From positions 11,842,001 to 11,906,000 of the forward strand of contig OX597827.1 in assembly GCA_951406725.2 (NCBI GenBank): a stretch of 64,000 nt of DNA, in the 5' to 3' direction. Under the pieces are notes generated by a model that was not told the DNA's origin, ran no database searches, and saw only the letters and a program-made list of their open reading frames with translations. A program made the translations under genes and the position numbers. The stretch's first letter is position 1. Each line of letters starts with the position of its first letter. Origin of the DNA: Octopus vulgaris. Its lineage: Eukaryota. Below are positions 1 to 9,764 of this stretch, one piece after another.

Positions 1-42
1 TCTTGGTCAAACAATATAAATCTTCACAAATACGTACATATA

Positions 43-447
43 GGCGCAGGATTGGCTGTGTGGTAAGTAGCTTGTTAACCAACCACATGGTTCTGGGTTC
101 AGTCCCACTGCGTGGCATCTTGGGCAAGTGTCTTCTGCTATAGCCCCGGGCCGACCAATGCCTTGTGAGTGGATTTGGTAGACGGAAACTGAAAGAAGCC
201 TGTCGTATATATGTATATATATATATGTGTGTGTGTTTGCGTGTCTGTGTTTGTCCCCCTAGCATTGCTTGACAACCGATGCTGGTGTGTTTACGTCCCT
301 GTCACTTAGCGGTTTGGCAAAAGAGACCGATAGAATAAGTACTGGGCTCACAAAGATTAAGTCCCGGGGTTGATTTGCTCGACTAAAGGCAGTGCTCCAG
401 CATGGCCGCAGTCAAATGACTGAAACAAGTAAAAGAGTAAAAGAGTA
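43..447 (+). mobile_element. tRNA-derived SINE family A, full length
   Basis: Pol III A/B-box-like head (TGGCTGTGTGG ... GGTTCAGTCC), central (TA)/(TG) microsatellite and (GTAAAAGA)n tail. About 20 related copies occur in the window. Confidence 0.9.
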
Positions 448-866
448 TACATACTGCACAAGCAGCATGAGTTATAAGATCTAAGATAAATTAAAGCCGA
501 TTTGTGTGCAGTTTATAACAGCTAACTGTGGATAGTAAACAGATGTAAATACAGCTTGTTATTCTCTTTTTATAGACACCCACACAAATACAAATATATA
601 TTTTCTTTGCCTTTCTCCACTTATTTTCCATACGAAGCTTCTTTCAAACACCTTATTGATCTAAGCATTTTGAATAGACAAAACACAAAGAAATAACTAA
701 ATATACTTCACAATAATTTCATTTATTATCATTTATTAATTACTAGAAACCATGTCAAAAACAATAGCCTTAATTTCCCACCATTTTATGACAAATTAAC
801 CATTTGACATCTAACTAGATCTATGTACTTACAAACTAATTTTTCTGTATATCTTACAGCTGTTTA

Positions 867-899
<33 letters not shown>

Positions 900-950
900 A
901 TACATATACACAAATGTATACATAAAATATATGTTATATATATATACATG

Positions 951-1004
<54 letters not shown>

Positions 1005-1982
1005 ATTTACAAAATGTAAATTATTTACAATTTGTAAATTATTTATAAATTTAACCTTTAAAGGTATTTTTTGATATGTTGGCCATTGATAAAATTTTTT
1101 TCCCCAAAAAAATTTTATCCTACATTAGTATATATATATATATATATATATACAGGTGTAAATAATGGTTATTCCATAATATTCTTTAATTGTAGTGTCA
1201 ACTTATTGCTGTTTCTGGTAGTCAATAGAAGTTTGTTCATTGATTGATTTACTAAATGTGTGTGTTTGTGTGTGTGTATATATATTGTATATATATATAT
1301 ACACACACACATATATATATGTATGTGTATATGTAGGTATGTTTCTATGTTCATATATAAATGGAACAATGTACTTATCTACTATTAATCTTTCTCTCTC
1401 TCTCTCTTGTTCACTCTTTCACTCTCACTCCTTCTCAAGCTGAAATGTCTCCAGGACCGCTGAAATAAATTTTATGAGGCAGAACACGATACCTTTTAAA
1501 CTCCCTGAAGCGGCAAGCTCCTCTCAAAATTGAAGATTTAATGTCCAAATGGACCTGAAATCTTCGATTTTATACTTTCAATAAAAATAATGGTATAGCA
1601 AGAAATTCGAAAAGTATCATTTTGCTTCTTTCCTTTGTAGAGATATATGGTTTTGATAAACAGCGTAGTGTAAAAAGCTCTAGCTGCCTGATTATGAGAG
1701 CACAATTGAACATAATAGTTAATTTCAGACTGGTAGATTTTTTTAAAATGCTTTATTCCTTATAAAATAGACTGGCCAGATAACAATATACTTTATATTA
1801 AGCCATGATAAGCTTCAGTAGCTTATCTAATGAGCTGTTTCTAGCTTTGATTTTTTTTTTCTTTCATTTTTTTTTTCTTTCATTTTTTTTTTCTGCTATC
1901 TGCAAAAATTTGTAATAGCACCACTAAAATCAGTTTCTTTGGTAATGCCTGCTTCATTACTCAGTCATGGTAAATCAGCAGA

Positions 1983-2128
1983 TCAGGTTTGAGACATGGT
2001 AGGTCTTGAAAAGCATTCGATATATTTAAGTTTGCAGAAAAAAGATCTTTCTGCTATTGCACTTCTAGCTCTAATAGCCAACAATATTGCCAAACCAACA
2101 CAAATGTTTGGAAATTTTTCACAAAGTT
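1983..2128 (-). pseudogene. hAT transposase C-terminal dimerisation-domain remnant
   Basis: Translation FPNICVGLAILLAI...AIAERSF.CKLKYIE...RPTMSQ resembles the hAT FPN...AERSFSKLKLIK...RSTMSQ motif. It is interrupted by a SINE at 2129. Confidence 0.7.
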
Positions 2129-2290
2129 GCAGGAGTGGCTGTGTGGTAAGTAGCTTACTTACCAACCACATGGTTCTGGGTTCAGTCCCACTGCATGGCA
2201 CCTTGGGCAAGTGTCTTCTACTATAGCCTCGGGCCGACCAAAGCCTTGTGAGTGGATTTGGTAGACAGAAACTGAAAGAAGCCCGTCATA
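2129..2290 (+). mobile_element. SINE family A, 5' half
   Basis: Matches the head of 43-447 and ends in (TA)n. Confidence 0.85.
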
Positions 2291-2310
2291 TATATGTATA
2301 TATATGTATA

Positions 2311-2354
<44 letters not shown>

Positions 2355-2355
2355 G

Positions 2356-2908
2356 AACAGTCTTACTGAGAAATGGATGCGTGCGTTCCGTCATATAATA
2401 AATTAATAAATAAAACATATGCATATATACATACATATATGTACGTAACTACCTCTACATGTATATATACACGCATATATGGGTACAGGACACCAAAAAA
2501 AACGTTGAACACAATGAGAAATGAAAACATAAACACAAAACCAAGGAACTAGACATTTTTCTTAAACAACAAAAAGATCTCAAATTTTATTTAATTTGCT
2601 TTTCGCGGGAAGGAAAGTTTCTATCGAAGATGCGTATTGCCTTCACCTTCGAAACGCAGAGTAGATGAAACCATGGCAACTGAAGAAGGGGAATTTTCCT
2701 TGTGATATTTGTCTTGTACTCTATTTTTTCGTTGTTTCAGAAAAATGCCCAGTTCCTTGGTTTTGTGTTTATGTTTTTGTGTATCATTGTGTTCAACGTT
2801 TTTTTGGTGTCCTGTACCCATATATGCGTGTATATATACATGTAGAGGTAGGTACGTACATATATGTATGTATATATGCATATGTTTTATTTATTAATTT
2901 ATTATTAT
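2356..2908 (+). mobile_element. Fold-back non-autonomous element (PLE pseudo-LTR-like) carrying a hammerhead motif
   Basis: Inverted arms of about 180 bp (~2394-2576 and ~2724-2908), (TA)n on both sides, an extra ~38 bp tail outside the left arm, and a hammerhead core in the spacer. Confidence 0.7.
2631..2691 (+). ncRNA. Candidate non-circularly permuted hammerhead ribozyme
   Basis: Segments TGCG-TA-TTGCC (2631-2641), CCTTC-GAAA-CGCA (2646-2658) and GGCAA-CTGAAGA-AGGGG (2675-2691). Stems I and III are each 5 perfect bp. Confidence 0.7.
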
Positions 2909-3536
2909 ATATATATATATATATAGATATATAGATATAGATATATATACTACTACTACTAATATAGGATGAAGCTTTTTTACAGAAAAAAAAGTTTCAT
3001 CAAAAAATGTGGCAGCATATTAAAATACCTTTAAGGTTAAAATTATAAACAACTTATAAACAAGGGCTAAAGAAAATTATTTCTATGCCAATATGCTGAT
3101 AACAGACTTTTAAATCGACAATTTCCACATATTATTTACTCGCTGCAGAAAACACATAGAGCTGAAATCAAGGAAAGCTGGCCAAAAGAATTTTTTTAAA
3201 AAAAAGTTCGTTATTTCTATATTGAATCAATTTCGGAATTAATCTCATAATAGATTTTTTCCTCTAAATACTATAATAAATCGTTTAGCATTAACACTAA
3301 GAGTCAGCTTCTTAAAATTGATCATGGGATATTAAGATTCAACTCAGGACTTCAGCTACATGAAATTACATGCAGTCAAATGATGCTTTCTCTTAGGAAT
3401 CTTGTGGATAAAGTATTTCCTAATTTATCTGTCAATTACACTGGCATAAACTGGCAATGTAAAACAGCTACACTAGCTCCATCTAATGAACTGATTAATT
3501 AACTCAATTATGAACTTCTTCAAAAGTTAACAGATA

Positions 3537-3945
3537 GGTGCAGGAGTGGCTGTGTGGTAAGTAGCTTGCTAACCAACCACATGGTTCCGGGTTCAGTCCC
3601 ACTGCATGGCATCTTGGGCAAGTGTCTTCTGCTATAGCCCCGGGCCTACCAATGCCTTGTGAGTGGATTTGGTAGACGGAAACTGAAAGAAGCCTGTCGT
3701 ATATTTGTATATATGTATATATGTATATGTGTGTTTGAGTGTGTGTTTGTCTCCCTAGCATTGCTTGACAACCGATGCTGGTGTGTTTACGTCTCCATCG
3801 CTTAGCGGTTCGGCAAAAAAGAGACCGATAGAATAAGTACTGGGCTTACAAAGAATAAGTCCCGGGGTCGATTTTCTCGACTAAAGGCGGTGCTCCAGCA
3901 TGGTCGCAGTCAAAATGACTGAAACAAGTAAAAGAATAAAAGAGA
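3537..3945 (+). mobile_element. SINE family A, full length
   Basis: Near-identical to 43-447. Confidence 0.9.
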
Positions 3946-3949
3946 TACA

Positions 3950-4262
3950 TCTGAAATGACTTTTCGATCAATTGATAACAGTCGATCAAGATCAGGATGT
4001 TCAATACCCTGTTAAATTTCTGAACACACTTAAGTCCACTGGCTTGGCACTGCATAACTTGACATTAAAACTGGGTGATCCCATTATGTTGCTTAGGAAT
4101 CTTGACCCATCTCACCTGTGTAATGGAACTTGCTTAATTGTTACTTCCATGAAGCTCCATGTCCTACAAGCAACAATCATAACAGGTAGCCACAAAGAGA
4201 GAAAATGTCTTTATTCCAAAAATTCCTCTCATACCTACAGATGTTCCCTTTGAATTTAAGAT
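3950..4262 (+). pseudogene. PIF1-type helicase fragment, probably Helitron-derived
   Basis: YPVKFLNTL..TGLA.HNLTLKLGDPIMLLRNLDPSHLCNGT.LIV is the PIF1/Helitron helicase motif. The fragment is short and frameshifted near its end. Confidence 0.85.
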
Positions 4263-4272
4263 ACACACAAAA

Positions 4273-4314
<42 letters not shown>

Positions 4315-4318
<4 letters not shown>

Positions 4319-4572
4319 TCATCATCATCATCGTTTAACATCCACTTTCCATGCTACCATGGGTTGGACGATTTAACTGAGGACTGGCGAACCAGATGGC
4401 TGTGCCAGGTTCCAATCTGATCTGGCAGAGTTTCTACAGCTGGATGCCCTTCCTTATGCCAATCACTCCGAGAGTGTAGTGGGTACTTTTACGTGCCACT
4501 GGCACGAGGGCTAGTCTGGTAGTACTGGTGACAGTCACGCTTGAAAATGGTATTTTTTACATGCCAGCTGCA
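4315..4572 (-). mobile_element. RTE-clade LINE 3' end (5'-truncated)
   Basis: Matches the 3' UTR of 63104-63770 and has a (GAT)n tail. Confidence 0.75.
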
Positions 4573-4624
4573 CATATATATATATATATTTTTGCCAACT
4601 AAATATATATAATACAGATACATG

Positions 4625-4737
<113 letters not shown>

Positions 4738-4770
4738 CTTTATTTAAAGCAGCAGAAAATTCAATAAAAC

Positions 4771-4808
4771 CTGTTACTCTGAGTTTCACATTGCCGTTCC
4801 TCAGACAG
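4771..4808 (-). ncRNA. Minimal type I hammerhead ribozyme
   Basis: Minus strand reads CTGT-CTGAGGA-ACG gcaa TGT-GAAA-CTC A GAG-TA-ACAG: canonical core, GUA cleavage triplet, near-palindromic stem III. Confidence 0.85.
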
Positions 4809-4842
4809 TTTTTGCTAGCAAATGTGAAACAAGGTGGAAAAA

Positions 4843-4880
4843 CTGTCCGACGAACGGCAACATGAAACTCAGAGTAACAG
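4843..4880 (+). ncRNA. Minimal type I hammerhead ribozyme, mutated copy
   Basis: CTGT-CCGACGA-ACG gcaa CAT-GAAA-CTCAGAG-TA-ACAG, with U4>C in the core and one stem II mismatch. Confidence 0.65.
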
Positions 4881-5405
4881 GTTTTGTTGAATTTTCTGCT
4901 GCTTTAAATAAAGCATATTACTCTACCACTGGTATTTAGGTACTCTTTTTTCCACCTTGTTTCACATTTATGTGTTTACTCCAGTATATATATTATATAT
5001 ACAGACATAGATATATATTTGCCAATTATATATATATATAAATATATAAATTGACAGATATGAAATATTTACATCCGCAAGACGACAATATGTGTTATTA
5101 CTGTAGAATAAGGACTAATCAGTAGAACATACATTTAAGTGAAGTATACTTTATATTTGAAATAGGATAGAAAAAACAAAAACAAAAACAAATTCTTGGT
5201 TAGAAAGGTTACAGCAGAAGGAATTTATAGTCTGAAAATTTTTTTTTTGTTTTTTTTAGCATTTTATTTTGAAATATTATTTTAGAAAGAAAAATATAGA
5301 ATGAATGAAAGAACTTGAAAGTATACCAAATCACACAATACCGAAATAAAACAAATCAATATTATCAAATAGGTAGATGTTTCTTGGCAAAGGCTGAATA
5401 CTGTA

Positions 5406-5440
<35 letters not shown>

Positions 5441-5503
5441 ACAACTATATACGAGTGTTTACATGTATTTGCTGATGTATGATATAATTATATGTCTGCT
5501 GTC

Positions 5504-5546
<43 letters not shown>

Positions 5547-5554
5547 TTATATAA

Positions 5555-5605
5555 TGATGGTGGTGGTGGTGGTGATGGTGATGATGATGATGATGATGAT
5601 GGTGG

Positions 5606-5661
<56 letters not shown>

Positions 5662-5710
5662 ATGATGATGATGATGATGATGATGGCAATGATGATGATG
5701 ATGATGATGG
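5555..5710 (+). repeat. (GAT/GGT)n compound trinucleotide repeat
   Basis: Seen directly in the sequence. Confidence 0.95.
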
Positions 5711-5746
5711 TTATTATTTATATTATTTATATATTTATAAATTATA

Positions 5747-5826
<80 letters not shown>

Positions 5827-5882
5827 TATATATATATGTATATATATACATATATATATATGTATATATATACATATATATG

Positions 5883-5915
<33 letters not shown>

Positions 5916-6282
5916 ATATATATATTTATGTATATGTATGTATGTAGGTGTGCATGAGTGTCAGTGTGTGTGTGTGTGTGTGTTTGTAGGTGTGTGAGTT
6001 TGTACGTCTCTGTTTTCTCCTTGTTTTGATGTTGTTTGTACGCTGCGTGGAAACAAAGTTGGTTATTGTCTGCGCAAACAGTGTCGTTGTTTACGATCTG
6101 CCATGAAAAATGTGTCTGACTCTTCAGTTGTTCATTGTTGAAGAACTAAGGGGAAGGAAATATTGCATTTACTCGAAAATAGGTGAAGTTGAGCAACAGG
6201 AAAGAACGTCTGTCAGTAGAATATCTGACTCGATATGTTTTGACTGCTCCGTGCCATCACTGAAGAAGGAACGTTAAATTGG

Positions 6283-6860
6283 TAATGATGACGACTATGA
6301 TGGTGATAATGATGATGATGGTTGTGATGATGATGATGACGATGTAGATGATGACAACGACGACGATGAGGATCTTTATCATCATCATCATCATCATGGA
6401 TGTCATAACTGTTGTCATTTTCACCGTTGTCATTATCATCCTTGTCATTGTCGTCGTCGTCGCTGTCATCGTCTTCATCATCATTGCCATCATTATCATC
6501 ACCATCACCATCATCATCATCACCACCACCATCATCATCATCATCATCACCACCACCGCCATCCTCATCATCATCATCATCACCACCACCACCACCATTA
6601 TCATCATCATCATTGCCATCATCATCATCATCATCACCACCATCATCACCACCACCATCATCATCACCACCACCACCATCCTCATCATCATCATCATTGC
6701 CATCACCATCATCATCATCATCATCACCACCACCATCATCCTCATCATCATCATCACCACCACCACCATCCTTATCATCATCATCACCACCACCATCATC
6801 ATCATCATCATCATCACCACCACCACCATCATCACCATCATCATCATTGCCATCATCATC

Positions 6861-6892
<32 letters not shown>

Positions 6893-6896
6893 CACC

Positions 6897-6930
<34 letters not shown>

Positions 6931-7001
6931 TCACCATCATCACCACCACCACCATCATTATCGTCATTATCGTCATAATCGTCATCATCATCATCATCAT
7001 C
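6283..7001. repeat. Long (CAT/CAC)n compound trinucleotide tract
   Basis: Seen directly. It accounts for the poly-D/G, poly-M/V, poly-I/T and poly-S/P ORFs in the track. Confidence 0.95.
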
Positions 7002-7382
7002 AACAGGAGCAGAAGCAGCAGCAATCACATACTTCAGCAGCCTCGATGGCAGCTGCAATAGCAACCACACCAAATGTATATTTACATCCATTTTTCTATG
7101 TCGGCATGGGTTGAATGTTTTCAAAGGATATCTGATGAGTCAGAGGTTCCATGGTTTGCTCCAGCATCTCAGTTACAGCCTGTTTTCAAAGCTGAATGAT
7201 CCTCCTAATACCAGTCCTTTTACGGACTATATTGGGCATGTTTTCACCTCACACCTGAGTAATAGGAACTGCTTTTCATCCATCGAGAAGTGTGCTCTCA
7301 ACCCCATATTGTCTACTCAGTTTGCCAGACATCACTCTGCAGAGTATTGTCATACATATATGAGTGTGTATATATATAAATG

Positions 7383-7687
7383 TGGAGGCACAATGGCCCA
7401 GTGGTTAGGGCAGCGGACTCGTGGTCGTAGGATCGCGGTTTTGATTCCCAGACCGGGTGTTGTGAGTGTTTATTGAACGAAAACACTTAAAGCTCCACGA
7501 AGCTCCGGCAGGGGGTGGTGATCCCTGCTGTACTCTTTCACCACACTTTCTCCCACTCTTTCTTCTGTTGGCCTGCTCGCTTAGCCAGTGAGGTGGCGTC
7601 ATTCAAAGGCTAAAAACAATGCGAACGCATTGTGACCAGCGATGTGTAACAACATCTGATGGTCTGGTCGGGCACGTGATCACGTGA
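7383..7687 (+). mobile_element. tRNA-derived SINE family C
   Basis: Head GGAGGC(G/A)CAATGGCCCAGTGGTTAGGGCAGCGGACTCG...GGTTT(C)GATTCC. Other copies start near 22872, 31608, 37277(-), 47013, 51274 and 58422(-). Confidence 0.85.
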
Positions 7688-7748
7688 TATATATATAAAT
7701 ATTGAATTTCTAAATGTTTGAGAGAGACGTGAGTGGTGGTGGAGCGAT

Positions 7749-8056
7749 AGAGTGGTTGTATACTGTCAACTTAATGTGACAGTCCCGTAAAGAGAATCAC
7801 ACCACCGCTATTTAGCCCTAGGAAGCATCGACGCTTCCTGCTGGCTTTGTCACATTTCCTGTGTCCTTATATTTGCGAAGGGCAGACAAGCACTCCCCGG
7901 CCCTAGCTGGTGTGGGTGCTTGCCTCCCCTTCGCAAATATAAGGACACAAGAAATGTGTCAAAACCGACAGGAAGTGTCGATGCTTCCTAGGGCTAAATA
8001 GAGGTGGTGTGATTCTCTTTACGGGACTGTCACGTTAAGTTGATAGTATGCAACCA

Positions 8057-8060
<4 letters not shown>
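7749..8060. mobile_element. About 310 bp near-perfect hairpin (fold-back) element
   Basis: Runs AGAGTGGTTGTATACTGTCAAC... to ...GTTGATAGTATGCAACCACTCT, with arms of about 145 bp and a short loop. Ends in (CT)n(TA)n. Confidence 0.85.
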
Positions 8061-8127
<67 letters not shown>

Positions 8128-8334
8128 TTATATATACATACATATGTACAAATGGTGCAGGTGTGGCTGTGTGGTTCCAGGTTCAGTCTCACCGCTGCAC
8201 CTTGGACATGCAGTAGGGCTATAGCTTGGGCTGACCAATGTTTCATGAGTGGATTTCATAGATGGAAACTGAAAGAAGCATGTTGTATATGTGCTTGTGT
8301 GTGTGAGCGTGTGTGTGTGTGTGTATGTGTGTGT

Positions 8335-8371
<37 letters not shown>

Positions 8372-8569
8372 GATACCAGTTACTAAAATAATTGTATATA
8401 TTTATGTCAATATATCTATTGCAAAAGAAAATCTACTGTAAGGTTATATATATTTAAATTATACATAGAAATCACACTTGTAATTAGTAATAGATTAGAA
8501 TTACAAACTGATTTATATGTATGTATATCTATATATATCTATGTATCTATCTATCTCTCTATCTATCTA

Positions 8570-8615
<46 letters not shown>

Positions 8616-8640
8616 CATACATATATATATATATACATAC

Positions 8641-8679
<39 letters not shown>

Positions 8680-8801
8680 TCGGAAGGTTTGGAGATGATG
8701 TACAGGTATTATATATTAGAAAAATTGAGGTAATCAGATCAGATGGTTCATATTTGTAGATATTTATTTATATATTACATTTTTTACATATATATCATAT
8801 C

Positions 8802-8848
8802 ATTCGGATTAGCGCTTGCTCCCATTCTAGTGGGTTTTCAAATCAAAT
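8802..8848 (-). ncRNA. Candidate variant minimal hammerhead (U3-A8, C13)
   Basis: Minus strand reads ATTTGAT-TTGAAAA-CCCA ctagaa TGGG-a-GCAA-GCGC-TA-ATCcGAAT, with palindromic stem III AGCGCT. Confidence 0.55.
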
Positions 8849-8925
8849 CAGTTGTGGGTAGTTTGAACCTTTTTATAGTTTCGTAGTAGTGGGTAAGGAG
8901 GAAGTGAGACAGAGAGAAAATATGT

Positions 8926-9003
<78 letters not shown>

Positions 9004-9211
9004 ATTTATATCTGAGAGTGAAGAAGTGTTATTTCCGTTGGTCTGCTGGACCCCCTGTGGTTTTATAAGAACTTTGGCTGTCCATTTCAATGTCACTGAG
9101 TGTGTGTTGTGCATAGGTTGGCCTGGCAAATGTCATTTGGGGTCACACTTTCTATGATCATTCTGTGGAGGTGTGTGTGTGTGTGTGTCTCTGTGTGTCT
9201 GTGTGTGTTTT

Positions 9212-9249
<38 letters not shown>

Positions 9250-9764
9250 TGTGTGTGTGTCTGTGTGTTTGGAGAAGGGGAGAGAGACAAAAAGAGAAAA
9301 GGGAAAATAAAAATAATAATAATAAAAATAAAAAATTAAAAAATTAAAAAAATAAAATAAAATAAAAACAAAAAATAAAAAATAAAATAAAAAAATATAA
9401 AGAATAAATAAAAATATAAAGAATAAAAAATAAAAAAATAAAAATAAAAATAAAAATAAGGGAGGAAGTGGAGAAGAAAAAATATTTTTGTGTGTTGATA
9501 TTTATACCAACACATATATATACACACACACACAGACTTATACATAAAATATTTGAAAAAACCTTTTTATCGGTTCAAAATGAACAACCAAATTATACCA
9601 TCTTGAAAGTTGTATGTCATAGGAAAGTTAAAATTAAAGTGACAATTAAAGGGTAAAGATGGAAGTGAATTATAAAGATAATAATATAATATGATGTATA
9701 TAACAGGCAATACATACATCTACACACACACAGATTTTTCCTTCAATGTATGTTGAGTAAAGTT

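Noticed and set aside
6213-7124. 303 aa Asp/Gly-rich ORF resembling an acidic biomineralisation protein
   Set aside because: It is entirely a trinucleotide tract that is open in several frames on both strands, with no convincing signal peptide or splice context.
7132-7160. Isolated CTGATGA motifs (also near 20631 and 27216)
   Set aside because: No GAAA strand or stems nearby, so these are expected by chance.
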